This document shows, piece after piece, positions 18,473-27,665 of a stretch of 49,462 nucleotides of DNA (position 1 is the first letter of the stretch; every line of letters begins with the position of its first letter). Origin of the DNA: Candidatus Zhuqueibacterota bacterium (GTDB lineage Bacteria > Zhuqueibacterota > Zhuqueibacteria > Residuimicrobiales > JAFGEC01); NCBI GenBank assembly GCA_016931775.1, contig JAFGEC010000238.1:1-49462 (forward strand). Reading direction: 5' to 3'. The notes under the pieces were generated by a model, which searched no databases, was not told the origin of the DNA, and was given only the letters and a program-made list of their open reading frames with translations. The position numbers and the translations under genes are program-made.

Positions 18473-20584
18473 ATGAAAAAAACTTTTATCTTAATATTCA
18501 TTCTGCCAATCGGCTATAATTACGCACAAGACATTCCTGCAGGCGGTGAAAATGTACTGGGAGAAAATCCCCTTTCTCGTTTCACTGTTGTTGGGAGCCA
18601 GTATTGTATAAAAAAGACGGTAAATGTTGAAGGGCAGGAATTTGACCGGGCCATACAAATCGAAACGGTCACACAGCCCCCCTTGACCTATAACCTGCAA
18701 CTGACTGCGAACACATTATCATCCATCGATAAAAACGATGTTTTATTGGCGGTTTTTTGTGCTCGAGGCATTCAATCCAGCGAAGAAACCGGAGAAGTGA
18801 GGGGAGAATTTGTATTCGAACAAAACGGTGATCCCTGGACAAAATCAACAACCTATGCTTTTAACGTTGTTGCCGATTGGAAACATTTTTTCGTTCCCTT
18901 TAAATGTGCAGATACTTACGCTTCCGGTGCCGCCCACGCCAATTTCCGGCTTGGTTATGCTCCCCAAATTATTCAAATCGGAGGTGTACAGTTAATTAAT
19001 TATAAAAAAACTTTAGACATTGAAAATCTTCCTAAAACCTCCATCAGTTATGCCGGTATGGAATCCGACGCACTTTGGCGTAAAGAAGCGGCGGCGCGGA
19101 TCGATCAATATCGAAAAGGCGATATAAAAATAATTGTAAAGACCGGACCGGGGCTTGCGGTCGACAATGCGCAAATATCTGTAAAAATGCAAAAACATGC
19201 CTACAAGTTTGGTTCCGCTGTAGCTGCCTCCCGGCTAATGGAAAATTCCCAAGATGCCAAAAAATACCGGGAGGTTATTCTCAACTATTATAATCGGGTT
19301 GTGATGGAAAACGACCTGAAATGGGCCCCCTGGGAGGACACGAACCGGCGTACAATGACGCTTGAAGCGCTTGACTGGCTCCGAGATAACGACATCGAAA
19401 TCAGGGGACACTGTCTTGTATGGCCGGGTTGGAGCAGAATGCCCGACGATCTGGAAGAGCATAAAGATGATCTTGCCTATCTGACCACACGTGTCAACGA
19501 GCACATTTTAGAAGAAGTCGATGCCTTAAAAGGCTATCTGGTTGACTGGGATGTTATAAACGAGCCCTATTGGAATCATGACCTCATGGACCTTCTCGGT
19601 GACGATATAATGATCGACTGGTACAAAACTGCCAATAGTATGGATTCCAATACCCATCTTTATTTGAATGACAACAATATCATTTCAGCCGCAGGTCTGG
19701 ACAAAACGCATCAGGAACATTTCTACAATACCGTTCAATTTCTTCTGGATAACAACGCTCCTATACATGGTTTAGGTACCCAGTGTCATTTTGGCAACAA
19801 TGTAACACCACCGGTGAGAATCCTAGAAATTTTAAATAGACTGGCTGAATTTGGCCTGGAAATTCAGACAACGGAATTTGACATCGATTCACAGGATTCC
19901 GAGCTGCAGACCGCATATACCCGCGATTTCATGACGGCATATTTCAGCCACCCCGCCACTGTGGGAATTATAATGTGGGGATTTTGGGCAGGACAACATT
20001 GGAAACCGGAAGCCGCACTTTACGATGAAAACTGGAATATTCAGCCTCACGGGCAAGCATGGCTCGATCTTGTTACCAAGGAATGGTGGACGGATGAAAC
20101 CGGCCTGACAAATCCCCTGGGTGAATACCAATCACGTGGTTTTCTTGGGGATTATCAGTTTCAGGTCAAATATAACGATACAACGATCCACCATACTTTT
20201 ACGCTCACGAGAGGCGGAATCACCATCGTCATTTCAGGTACGGATGTAGTTATAAAATACGGTGACCAGCCGGTTGAGGACCATACTCATTCCACCAAAT
20301 ATCCTCCACAATATAAACTCTACCAGAACTATCCAAATCCGTTTAATCCGCACACGACTATTGAATACGCCATTCCCCGGAAAAGCCACGTTACTTTAAA
20401 GATATACAACACAGCGGGGCGATTGGTAAAAACGTTGGTTGACCGATATCAGCAGCCGGGACAGTATGCAGTGATATGGGGTGGATGTGACAACGATGGA
20501 GAGCCTATTGCAAGCGGCGCGTATTATTATCACTTGACAGGCGAAAACTTTGATGCAAGGAAAAACTTAATCTTTATTCGATAA
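18473..20584 (+). CDS. secreted GH10 endo-1,4-beta-xylanase-like protein with N-terminal CBM-like domain and C-terminal sorting domain
   Basis: Signal peptide; MENDLKW, RGHCLVW, WDVINEP (acid/base), IQTTEFD (nucleophile), WGFW; QNYPNPFNP tail. Confidence 0.9.
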   Translation: MKKTFILIFILPIGYNYAQDIPAGGENVLGENPLSRFTVVGSQYCIKKTVNVEGQEFDRAIQIETVTQPPLTYNLQLTANTLSSIDKNDVLLAVFCARGIQSSEETGEVRGEFVFEQNGDPWTKSTTYAFNVVADWKHFFVPFKCADTYASGAAHANFRLGYAPQIIQIGGVQLINYKKTLDIENLPKTSISYAGMESDALWRKEAAARIDQYRKGDIKIIVKTGPGLAVDNAQISVKMQKHAYKFGSAVAASRLMENSQDAKKYREVILNYYNRVVMENDLKWAPWEDTNRRTMTLEALDWLRDNDIEIRGHCLVWPGWSRMPDDLEEHKDDLAYLTTRVNEHILEEVDALKGYLVDWDVINEPYWNHDLMDLLGDDIMIDWYKTANSMDSNTHLYLNDNNIISAAGLDKTHQEHFYNTVQFLLDNNAPIHGLGTQCHFGNNVTPPVRILEILNRLAEFGLEIQTTEFDIDSQDSELQTAYTRDFMTAYFSHPATVGIIMWGFWAGQHWKPEAALYDENWNIQPHGQAWLDLVTKEWWTDETGLTNPLGEYQSRGFLGDYQFQVKYNDTTIHHTFTLTRGGITIVISGTDVVIKYGDQPVEDHTHSTKYPPQYKLYQNYPNPFNPHTTIEYAIPRKSHVTLKIYNTAGRLVKTLVDRYQQPGQYAVIWGGCDNDGEPIASGAYYYHLTGENFDARKNLIFIR

Positions 20585-20606
20585 CTTTTAACTGGAGGAA
20601 AATAAA

Positions 20607-21194
20607 ATGAAGACGATGATCGTATCATTTATATATTTGCTTGGTATGAATTGCTATTTGACGGCACAAAATTATCCGACAGATGCCGGCAGCATGATGT
20701 TCGGCGGGGACGTTAGCTGGACTTCTGCCAAAGGCGATCTGTATGAAAACTCAACGGGAGAAAAGATGGTGACTTTTGAAATGGATCCTTCCTTTTCATA
20801 TTTTTTTATACCCGGATTGGCGGCCGGTGTAAATGTTCTTGTGGAAAAAGTATCTCAGGGAGATGTTTCGAATACCACGTTGGGAATCGGACCGCGATTA
20901 ACCTGGTTTCCGATCAGACCGGATAAACGGGCGATGATAGAAGGAGCGACAATGCCTTATGTCGGTGCGGCATACATCCTTCTAAAAAATGTAAAGGACG
21001 CCGGATCAAACGAGGTGGAAGCCACGGGATCGATGATTAAACTTGGAGCGGGAGTACTTTACTTGATGGCAAATAACTTTGGATTTTATGGTGAATTGTC
21101 TTATTCAATGGATGAATTGAAACGTGAAAATCTCGACGCGCAATCAGGAAACCAATTCAGATTTGCCATTGGATTGAAAGTATTCTATCTTTAA
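20607..21194 (+). CDS. outer membrane beta-barrel protein
   Basis: Signal peptide, alternating strands, PYVGA motif and terminal FAIGLKVFYL strand. Confidence 0.72.
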   Translation: MKTMIVSFIYLLGMNCYLTAQNYPTDAGSMMFGGDVSWTSAKGDLYENSTGEKMVTFEMDPSFSYFFIPGLAAGVNVLVEKVSQGDVSNTTLGIGPRLTWFPIRPDKRAMIEGATMPYVGAAYILLKNVKDAGSNEVEATGSMIKLGAGVLYLMANNFGFYGELSYSMDELKRENLDAQSGNQFRFAIGLKVFYL

Positions 21195-21208
21195 CCGGGA
21201 GATAACTC

Positions 21209-22609
21209 ATGCTTCCCAGAAGGAATTTTTTAAAAACAGTCGGGAAAGCGGCATTCCTTTCTCTGCTAAACTGCAATTTGGTGCAAAAAAAGCCGAATTT
21301 TATATACATCCTGGCGGATGATTTGGGATATGGTGACCTGGGCTGCTATGGCCAGAAGGAAATAAAAACACCGGTTTTGGATTTGATGGCTGAACAGGGC
21401 ATAAAGTTTACCGATCACTATGCCGGCAGTACCGTTTGCGCACCGTCCCGATGTTGTCTGATGACCGGTATGGACTCCGGACACGCGCAAATTCGTGGAA
21501 ACGGCACGGTTCCGTTGCGTGAAAGTGACCGAACTATAGCCGAGATTCTGAAAAGTAACGGATATAAAACAGGTCTTGTAGGGAAATGGGGTCTGGGAGA
21601 AAAAAACTCCTCCGGCGAGCCCACTAAGAAAGGTTTTGACTACTTTTTCGGTTATCTCAACCAAATCCACGCACACAATTATTATCCGGATTTCCTGTGG
21701 GAAAACGAGGATAAAATACCCTTAAATAACAAGGTAAAAATTATTGATTCCGGATACGCCAAGGGTATCGGTGGCGCCGCAGAAGAAAAAAATGTCTATG
21801 CACACGACCTTTTAACATATAAAGCGTTGGAATTTATTGAAAACAATTGCAGCGCACCGTTTTTTCTCTATCTCGCCTATACCATTCCCCACGCCAACAA
21901 CGAGGCACAGGGAGTACTGGGCGTTCACGGAATGGAAGTTCCGGAATATGGCATCTATAAAAATAAAAATTGGCCCGAAGCTCAAAAAGGACATGCCGCC
22001 ATGATCACACGGATGGACCATGACATCGGCAGATTAATTAAAAAATTACAAGAACTGCAGATCGACCGTAATACTTTGGTCATCTTTTCAAGCGACAACG
22101 GTCCGCATCGCGAAGGTGGCAACGATCCTGATTTTAACGACAGCAATAGTATATTTCGGGGAATTAAAAGGGACCTGTATGACGGAGGAATAAGGGTACC
22201 GATGATTGCCCGATGGCCGGGAAAAATAAAATCCGGCTTAACCAGCGATCTGCCCTGTGCTTTTTGGGATATTTTACCGACATTGGCAGAATTTGCTTCT
22301 GCACAAATACCACCCAATATCAATGGTATTTCACTGGTTCCGACGCTGACTCGTGGACGCCAAAAAAAACACGACTATTTATATTGGGAATTCCACGAAG
22401 GGAAAGCTTCTCACCAGGCTATTCGTTTATATGAATGGAAAGGAATCCGCAAATCGCCCGATGGTAAACTGGAATTGTACAACATTGAATCAGATCCAGG
22501 AGAAACGAACAATATCGCGAAGCAACATCCGGATATTGTGAAAAAACTTGAATTGATTTTGAATCAAGGCCGTACGGAATCCGAGCACTGGCCGTTAAAA
22601 TTTGGATGA
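21209..22609 (+). CDS. arylsulfatase (formylglycine-dependent, Cys-type), probable Tat lipoprotein
   Basis: RRNFLK twin-arginine motif plus ...LLNC; ADDLGYGD, CAPSR..LMTG, GKWGLG, SSDNGP. Confidence 0.92.
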   Translation: MLPRRNFLKTVGKAAFLSLLNCNLVQKKPNFIYILADDLGYGDLGCYGQKEIKTPVLDLMAEQGIKFTDHYAGSTVCAPSRCCLMTGMDSGHAQIRGNGTVPLRESDRTIAEILKSNGYKTGLVGKWGLGEKNSSGEPTKKGFDYFFGYLNQIHAHNYYPDFLWENEDKIPLNNKVKIIDSGYAKGIGGAAEEKNVYAHDLLTYKALEFIENNCSAPFFLYLAYTIPHANNEAQGVLGVHGMEVPEYGIYKNKNWPEAQKGHAAMITRMDHDIGRLIKKLQELQIDRNTLVIFSSDNGPHREGGNDPDFNDSNSIFRGIKRDLYDGGIRVPMIARWPGKIKSGLTSDLPCAFWDILPTLAEFASAQIPPNINGISLVPTLTRGRQKKHDYLYWEFHEGKASHQAIRLYEWKGIRKSPDGKLELYNIESDPGETNNIAKQHPDIVKKLELILNQGRTESEHWPLKFG

Positions 22610-22613
22610 AAAT

Positions 22614-23231
22614 ATGAATCCTCTTTTATTCTATATGTTATTTTTGACTTTGCCGGTTTTTGCAGGTGAAACTCATCTCGACAGCGTAGGGCAGTTGTTC
22701 GACGGCACATCTCTTACGGGTTGGGAAATTACCGATTTTGGTCCCCAGGGGCCGGTATACATAAAAGAAGGTGCAATTATCCTCGGGATGGGTGAAGGGT
22801 GCACAGGTATCACTTTTCTCAACTCTTTTCCTGAGATTGATTATGAAGTCCATTTGCAGGCAAAAAGAATTGCAGGAAATGATTTTTTCTGCGGCATGAC
22901 TTTTCCTGTAAAAAAAGAATCCTGCACTCTCATTATCGGCGGATGGGGCGGTACGGTTGTCGGACTCAGCAGTATCGATGGTCTGGACGCCTCGGAGAAT
23001 AGCACCGGAATATATAAAAAATTTGAACGGAACACCTGGTATGATATCAGACTGCGCGTGACACAGGATTCAATTCAGGCTTGGATTGATTCTGAAAAAG
23101 TGGTTGACTTTGAAATCAGCGAGCACTTTTTATCAATCCGGCCCGAGGTAAACCTCTCAAGACCGTTTGGAATCACGTCGTGGAACACTACGGCTGCTTT
23201 AAAAAATATTAAACTTTTGAAACAAAAGTAA
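22614..23231 (+). CDS. DUF1080 (3-keto-disaccharide hydrolase-like) protein
   Basis: Signal peptide, LFDGTSLTGW motif, GGWGG, WYDIRLRV. Confidence 0.78.
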   Translation: MNPLLFYMLFLTLPVFAGETHLDSVGQLFDGTSLTGWEITDFGPQGPVYIKEGAIILGMGEGCTGITFLNSFPEIDYEVHLQAKRIAGNDFFCGMTFPVKKESCTLIIGGWGGTVVGLSSIDGLDASENSTGIYKKFERNTWYDIRLRVTQDSIQAWIDSEKVVDFEISEHFLSIRPEVNLSRPFGITSWNTTAALKNIKLLKQK

Positions 23232-23237
23232 GAATAC

Positions 23238-23266
23238 TTGACATTTATAATTTAGAATAATACATT
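23238..23266 (+). promoter_or_regulatory. putative sigma70 promoter
   Basis: TTGACA-N17-TACATT upstream of ORF 23310. Confidence 0.6.
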
Positions 23267-23309
23267 TCAGTAAGACCTGTTTTGTTAACCAAAGGCAAGG
23301 GAGGTCATT

Positions 23310-23672
23310 ATGATGAAAATCAACCAAAACTATTTGGCGATTTTATCCATCGAAGTTCAGGATCTGCAAATGGATATTCAGGAATTGATCAAGCATTGTG
23401 AAGATGAAAATGCCAATGGACATCTGACCAGTCATGTTTTTATGGAAAATCTCGCGCTTTTCAACAATGAGTTGCTGGGCGTTCAAACATTTCAAAAAAT
23501 CATTACGCAGACGAATCCGGAAGCTTTTGTAAATCTTGATGATATGATTAGATATTTGCAGTACAATTTTCAGGAAAAGATTGAAACTTGTGGTTTAGCA
23601 AAAGCCATTTCGTACTATGTAGACAGGAAACTTGTCAAGGTCAGACGTTATGTTACGGAGAAAATCAACTAG
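23310..23672 (+). CDS. hypothetical alpha-helical protein
   Basis: GGGAGG RBS, own promoter, 120-aa ORF packed against the PilZ gene. Confidence 0.75.
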   Translation: MMKINQNYLAILSIEVQDLQMDIQELIKHCEDENANGHLTSHVFMENLALFNNELLGVQTFQKIITQTNPEAFVNLDDMIRYLQYNFQEKIETCGLAKAISYYVDRKLVKVRRYVTEKIN

Positions 23673-23675
23673 GGC

Positions 23676-24008
23676 ATGGACAGGAACATTAACAGACGAA
23701 AATTTATTCGTGTAAAAGCGCCTCTCTTTTACAAGCCTGCTCGATTCTATGTGCCGCGAAAACCAGTTGTAGATATCGGTATGGGTGGATTAAGGGTATA
23801 CAGCGATGAATCTCTTAAAACAGGGCAGCGCCTGAAAATTTCTCTTTATTTGCCGGACAATCAGAAACTATCCTTTTATGTTAAAGTTGTTTGGATCAGC
23901 AAAATTTTCAAGGCAACGGCAAAATTTGATATCGGATTAGAATTTATTGAAATTTCTAAAGAGGCCCTGCATAAATTATCGACGGTTCTGGAAAACCATG
24001 CCCATTAA
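23676..24008 (+). CDS. PilZ domain protein
   Basis: RRKFIR (RxxxR) and DIGMGG motifs; VKVVW...IGLEF. Confidence 0.85.
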   Translation: MDRNINRRKFIRVKAPLFYKPARFYVPRKPVVDIGMGGLRVYSDESLKTGQRLKISLYLPDNQKLSFYVKVVWISKIFKATAKFDIGLEFIEISKEALHKLSTVLENHAH

Positions 24009-24023
24009 AAAAACGGAGGATCG

Positions 24024-24323
24024 ATGAAAAAAGTAAAATTTTACTTTTATATATTTTTATTTCTTGCAGTTGTAATAATGGGATTGTATCTTTATCATTA
24101 TTTGATCGGTTTTACGCCTGCACGGCAAAATGAGATCAAACACGTAAAATCAGACATCATCGGCCTTAAACGGGTCGTGGAACAGTATGATTGCAACGGC
24201 AACGTTATCAATCGTTATGAAGGACGTTACAAAATAGAGATTGAAGGCGGTTTTGTCTCATTTACACATCAAGGTAAAAATATTAAACTGAGTGGAACAA
24301 TACAAATACGGGAGGTGGATTAG
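24024..24323 (+). CDS. small membrane-anchored hypothetical protein (DUF5052-like)
   Basis: GGAGG RBS; one N-terminal TM helix; GLKR.V..YD.NG.VI..YEG resembles DUF5052-type proteins. Confidence 0.6.
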   Translation: MKKVKFYFYIFLFLAVVIMGLYLYHYLIGFTPARQNEIKHVKSDIIGLKRVVEQYDCNGNVINRYEGRYKIEIEGGFVSFTHQGKNIKLSGTIQIREVD

Positions 24324-24597
24324 TTAGCACCAAAACAAAACCAGAGATGACGAATCGTTAGGTTACATCGTCAAAAAAATATTGACAGTACATTTTTTAG
24401 ATTGACATCTTTTTTACGCTGGTAGTGATAATTATAGCATCCTCGATCTTCGAGCGTGTCCTCTATTGCTTCCCGTCGGTGAAAAATTTTTAATCACCGA
24501 ACTACCTGTTTAACTTTTAATTTTCTCTACTCGGGTCCTGGTTGACGAGTTGTGGAAAAAAACATATTAAATATTTTAAGGAAAGAAATAATTACTC

Positions 24598-27438
24598 ATG
24601 AAACGAATGGTTAAAATGATCCTGTTTTTTATTTTTGCATTACCCTGCTTTCATCCGGTCATTGCTCAGACCAACCCAATCGACCACTGGGAAACAGTTG
24701 TCTATTCCGATGACACATGGAAATACTTTATCGGTAATTCAGAACCGGATGCTCATTGGCGGGAATTATCCTATAACGACCAGGAATGGCTACAAGGCCC
24801 CGGTGGAATTGGATACGGTGACGAAGATGACAACACAGAAATTGAATCCTGCATTTCGCTTTTTTTAAGAATAAAATTTAATGTTTTTGATGAAAGTAAA
24901 ATAGAATTTGCATTCCTCAATATAAATTATGATGATGCTTTTGTTGCATACATCAATGATGTGGAGGTTGCCCGGGCTGGGATTTCCGGTGAACATCCGG
25001 CTTTTAACCAACCTGCAGATTTCGGTCATGAGGCAGAAATGCCAGGGGGAGGATTACCCGCCCCGTTCAGCATCGAAACAGACATTGTAAAAAGTTGCTT
25101 AAATCAGGGTGAAAATGTGCTAGCAATTCAGGTTCATAATACGGGCACGAATTCAAGTGATATGTCCTCAACGACATTTCTGACATTTGGTGTGAGTGAT
25201 ACAGAGCATTTATACCGTAAAACACCCGACTGGTTTCAGGTACCTCTTGTATTTGATTCGTCTGACCTGCCGATAATGGTCATTGACACGGAGGGGAGGA
25301 ATATTGTTGACGAACCTAAAACCATGGCACGAATGGGGATAATCTATAACGGGCCCGGTCAGAGAAATTCGCTTTCCGATCCTTTCAATGAATATGATGG
25401 GTGGATCGGAATTGAATACCGCGGAAATGCTTCAATGAGTTTTCCCAAAAAACCGTATACATTTGAAACACGCAACGAGGATGGTTCGAATAATAATGTC
25501 AGCCTTCTCGGTTTACCCAGAGAAAACGACTTTATCCTGCGGGCGGGTTTTATTGACAAGACCTTAATGCGGGATGCACTGGCTTATTTCATGTCCAGAG
25601 GCATAGGCCGCTGGGCTCCGCGGACACGGCATGTCGAATTGTACCTGAACGGCAGCTATCAGGGAGTTTATATTCTTGTGGAAAAAATCAAGCCGGATAA
25701 AAACAGGCTGAATATCGTTCGGATGGACAGTTCGGACATCGAGGGTGAAGCCTTAACGGGGGGCTATGTATGGGTCGTGCAACAAAGTGATCATGATGAT
25801 GTGGTTTTTTTAAATGACCGAAGAGAAGGAAATGCCCGCGTTCTCAAATATCCATCAGCGGACGAGGTTCAGCCGGAGCAGATTGAGTACATTCGCCAGT
25901 ACGAAGAATCTTTTCGAAGTTTGATGAAAAGTTCTATCTATAACGATCCGGTAAGAGGATATCCTGCTTACATTGACGTTTCCACATTTATTGACGAGAT
26001 CCTCGTCCAGGAGGCGACCGCGAATTCTGATGCCTATGGATGGAGCAGTTTTTTTTACAAGGATCGTAACGGTAAAATGTCCGCCGGGCCGGTATGGGAT
26101 TTTGACCAGGGACTGTCAAATTCAACATACAATAACGGCCATCACATTGATGGATTTGTCATTGAAAAAACCGAGGACTGGGCCCGGCCGCAATTTTGGG
26201 ATAAATTATGGGCTGACAAAGATTTTAAAGAAATGGTAAAAACCAAATGGAACGAATACCGGAAGGGTCCGTTTCAAACAGAAAGAATGTTCGCTTTTGT
26301 TGATTCCTTGACATTATATTTAAACGAGGCTCAGCAAAGAAATTTTCAACAATGGCCAATACTTGGTGTATTTGTCTGGAGAAGTACACCGGGTGTTGAA
26401 GAAAGAGATACCTATCAAAAAGAAGTGGATTATATGAAGGACTGGCTCGGGGCTCGACTCACATGGATGGATCAACAATTATATATGTCTTCGCCACCGG
26501 ATTCGTTTGAAATAACTGAAGGTTTAGTCGCGTACTATAAATTTGAGGAGAGCGGAGGAACGGCTGTAATGGACCATTCCGGAAACGGATTGGACGGGAC
26601 CATCATGGGTGGAGCAACGTACGATGAGGGTTTTGTCGGTGGCGGACTTGCCTTTAACGGCGTAGATGCATACGTCAATTGTGGCAATCCTCCAGAGTTG
26701 AATATGACGGAAGAATTATCATTGATGGCATGGGTTTATCCTCATGATATTACGGACGGCGGCCAGCACGATCCCTGGATTTCAAAAGGCGATCAACAGT
26801 ACGCACTTAAAAACGGAGCGGGTGATTATTTTGAATTTTTTATTTACGATAACGGCTGGCACGCTCCCAACGTCGAGCTTGATGAGAATTACAATGATGA
26901 ATGGCATCATTATGCAGGAACTTATGATGGCAGTGAACTAAAAATGTATATTGATGGAGAATTAATGCAGACCTACGAACACGAGGGCGTAATAAATACA
27001 ACAGAGTATGATTTTTACATCGGCAGTAATTCTCAAGCAAGTGGCCGTTTCTTTGAGGGCATTCTCGATGAAGTCAGGGTCTATGATATTGCATTATCAG
27101 ACGTTGAGATAGCCACCATTTATAATAGCTATAGTGACAGTGCTGTAAAAAATCATCCCAATCTTGCTGTTAGCGACTTTATACTGCATCAGAATTACCC
27201 GAATCCATTCAATCCTGTAACACGCATCGCGTACAGATTGAAAAACACCGAACATGTAACTATCAAAATCTACAATTCACTGGGTAGAGAAATAAAAACA
27301 TTGATCAACCAGAAACAATCCGCCGGATACCATTACCTTGATTTTACAGCACCCACAGACCTTGCGAGTGGTATTTATTTATACAAAATGCAAACAAAAA
27401 AATCACTTGAAATCAGGAAAATGCTATTGCTCAGGTGA
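24598..27438 (+). CDS. secreted CotH-family kinase with N-terminal jelly-roll, LamG domain and C-terminal sorting domain
   Basis: Signal peptide; YRGNAS...KKPY, DKTLMRD, LYLNG.Y.GVY.L.E, GPVWDFD CotH motifs; WHHYAGTYDG...GILDEV LamG; QNYPNPFNP tail. Confidence 0.88.
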   Translation: MKRMVKMILFFIFALPCFHPVIAQTNPIDHWETVVYSDDTWKYFIGNSEPDAHWRELSYNDQEWLQGPGGIGYGDEDDNTEIESCISLFLRIKFNVFDESKIEFAFLNINYDDAFVAYINDVEVARAGISGEHPAFNQPADFGHEAEMPGGGLPAPFSIETDIVKSCLNQGENVLAIQVHNTGTNSSDMSSTTFLTFGVSDTEHLYRKTPDWFQVPLVFDSSDLPIMVIDTEGRNIVDEPKTMARMGIIYNGPGQRNSLSDPFNEYDGWIGIEYRGNASMSFPKKPYTFETRNEDGSNNNVSLLGLPRENDFILRAGFIDKTLMRDALAYFMSRGIGRWAPRTRHVELYLNGSYQGVYILVEKIKPDKNRLNIVRMDSSDIEGEALTGGYVWVVQQSDHDDVVFLNDRREGNARVLKYPSADEVQPEQIEYIRQYEESFRSLMKSSIYNDPVRGYPAYIDVSTFIDEILVQEATANSDAYGWSSFFYKDRNGKMSAGPVWDFDQGLSNSTYNNGHHIDGFVIEKTEDWARPQFWDKLWADKDFKEMVKTKWNEYRKGPFQTERMFAFVDSLTLYLNEAQQRNFQQWPILGVFVWRSTPGVEERDTYQKEVDYMKDWLGARLTWMDQQLYMSSPPDSFEITEGLVAYYKFEESGGTAVMDHSGNGLDGTIMGGATYDEGFVGGGLAFNGVDAYVNCGNPPELNMTEELSLMAWVYPHDITDGGQHDPWISKGDQQYALKNGAGDYFEFFIYDNGWHAPNVELDENYNDEWHHYAGTYDGSELKMYIDGELMQTYEHEGVINTTEYDFYIGSNSQASGRFFEGILDEVRVYDIALSDVEIATIYNSYSDSAVKNHPNLAVSDFILHQNYPNPFNPVTRIAYRLKNTEHVTIKIYNSLGREIKTLINQKQSAGYHYLDFTAPTDLASGIYLYKMQTKKSLEIRKMLLLR
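26521..27132 (+). repeat. LamG duplication, copy 1 (paralog of 27744-28355)
   Basis: Gap-free 204-aa alignment with about 145 identities (~71%, counted by hand). Confidence 0.9.
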
Positions 27439-27480
27439 AATCAGGTTTAAAAAAGAGTACCTCATACTCAAAAATTCATC

Positions 27481-27543
27481 AGAAAGGAGGTGAATTAATT
27501 CCGATTGTTTAAAATAAACGGCTAAACTTTCAAGAAAGGAGGT
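27481..27543 (+). promoter_or_regulatory. two orphan extended Shine-Dalgarno elements
   Basis: AGAAAGGAGGTGA at 27481-27493 and AGAAAGGAGGT at 27533-27543; neither precedes a real gene. Confidence 0.55.
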
Positions 27544-27665
27544 TTTAAAAAAAGTGCTGCGTTCTTAAATCAATTTGATCTTTAGCATTGATTTGCATTT
27601 TGTTCAATTTGGTTTCTTATTGTATTTTAGGTGTGTATTCAGAAGTAAACTGAAAGGACATGCAA

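Noticed and set aside
24324-24597. c-di-GMP riboswitch suspected because of the neighbouring PilZ gene
   Set aside because: The GEMM-I hallmarks (GGCAAAC...GAAA...GACGCAAA) are absent
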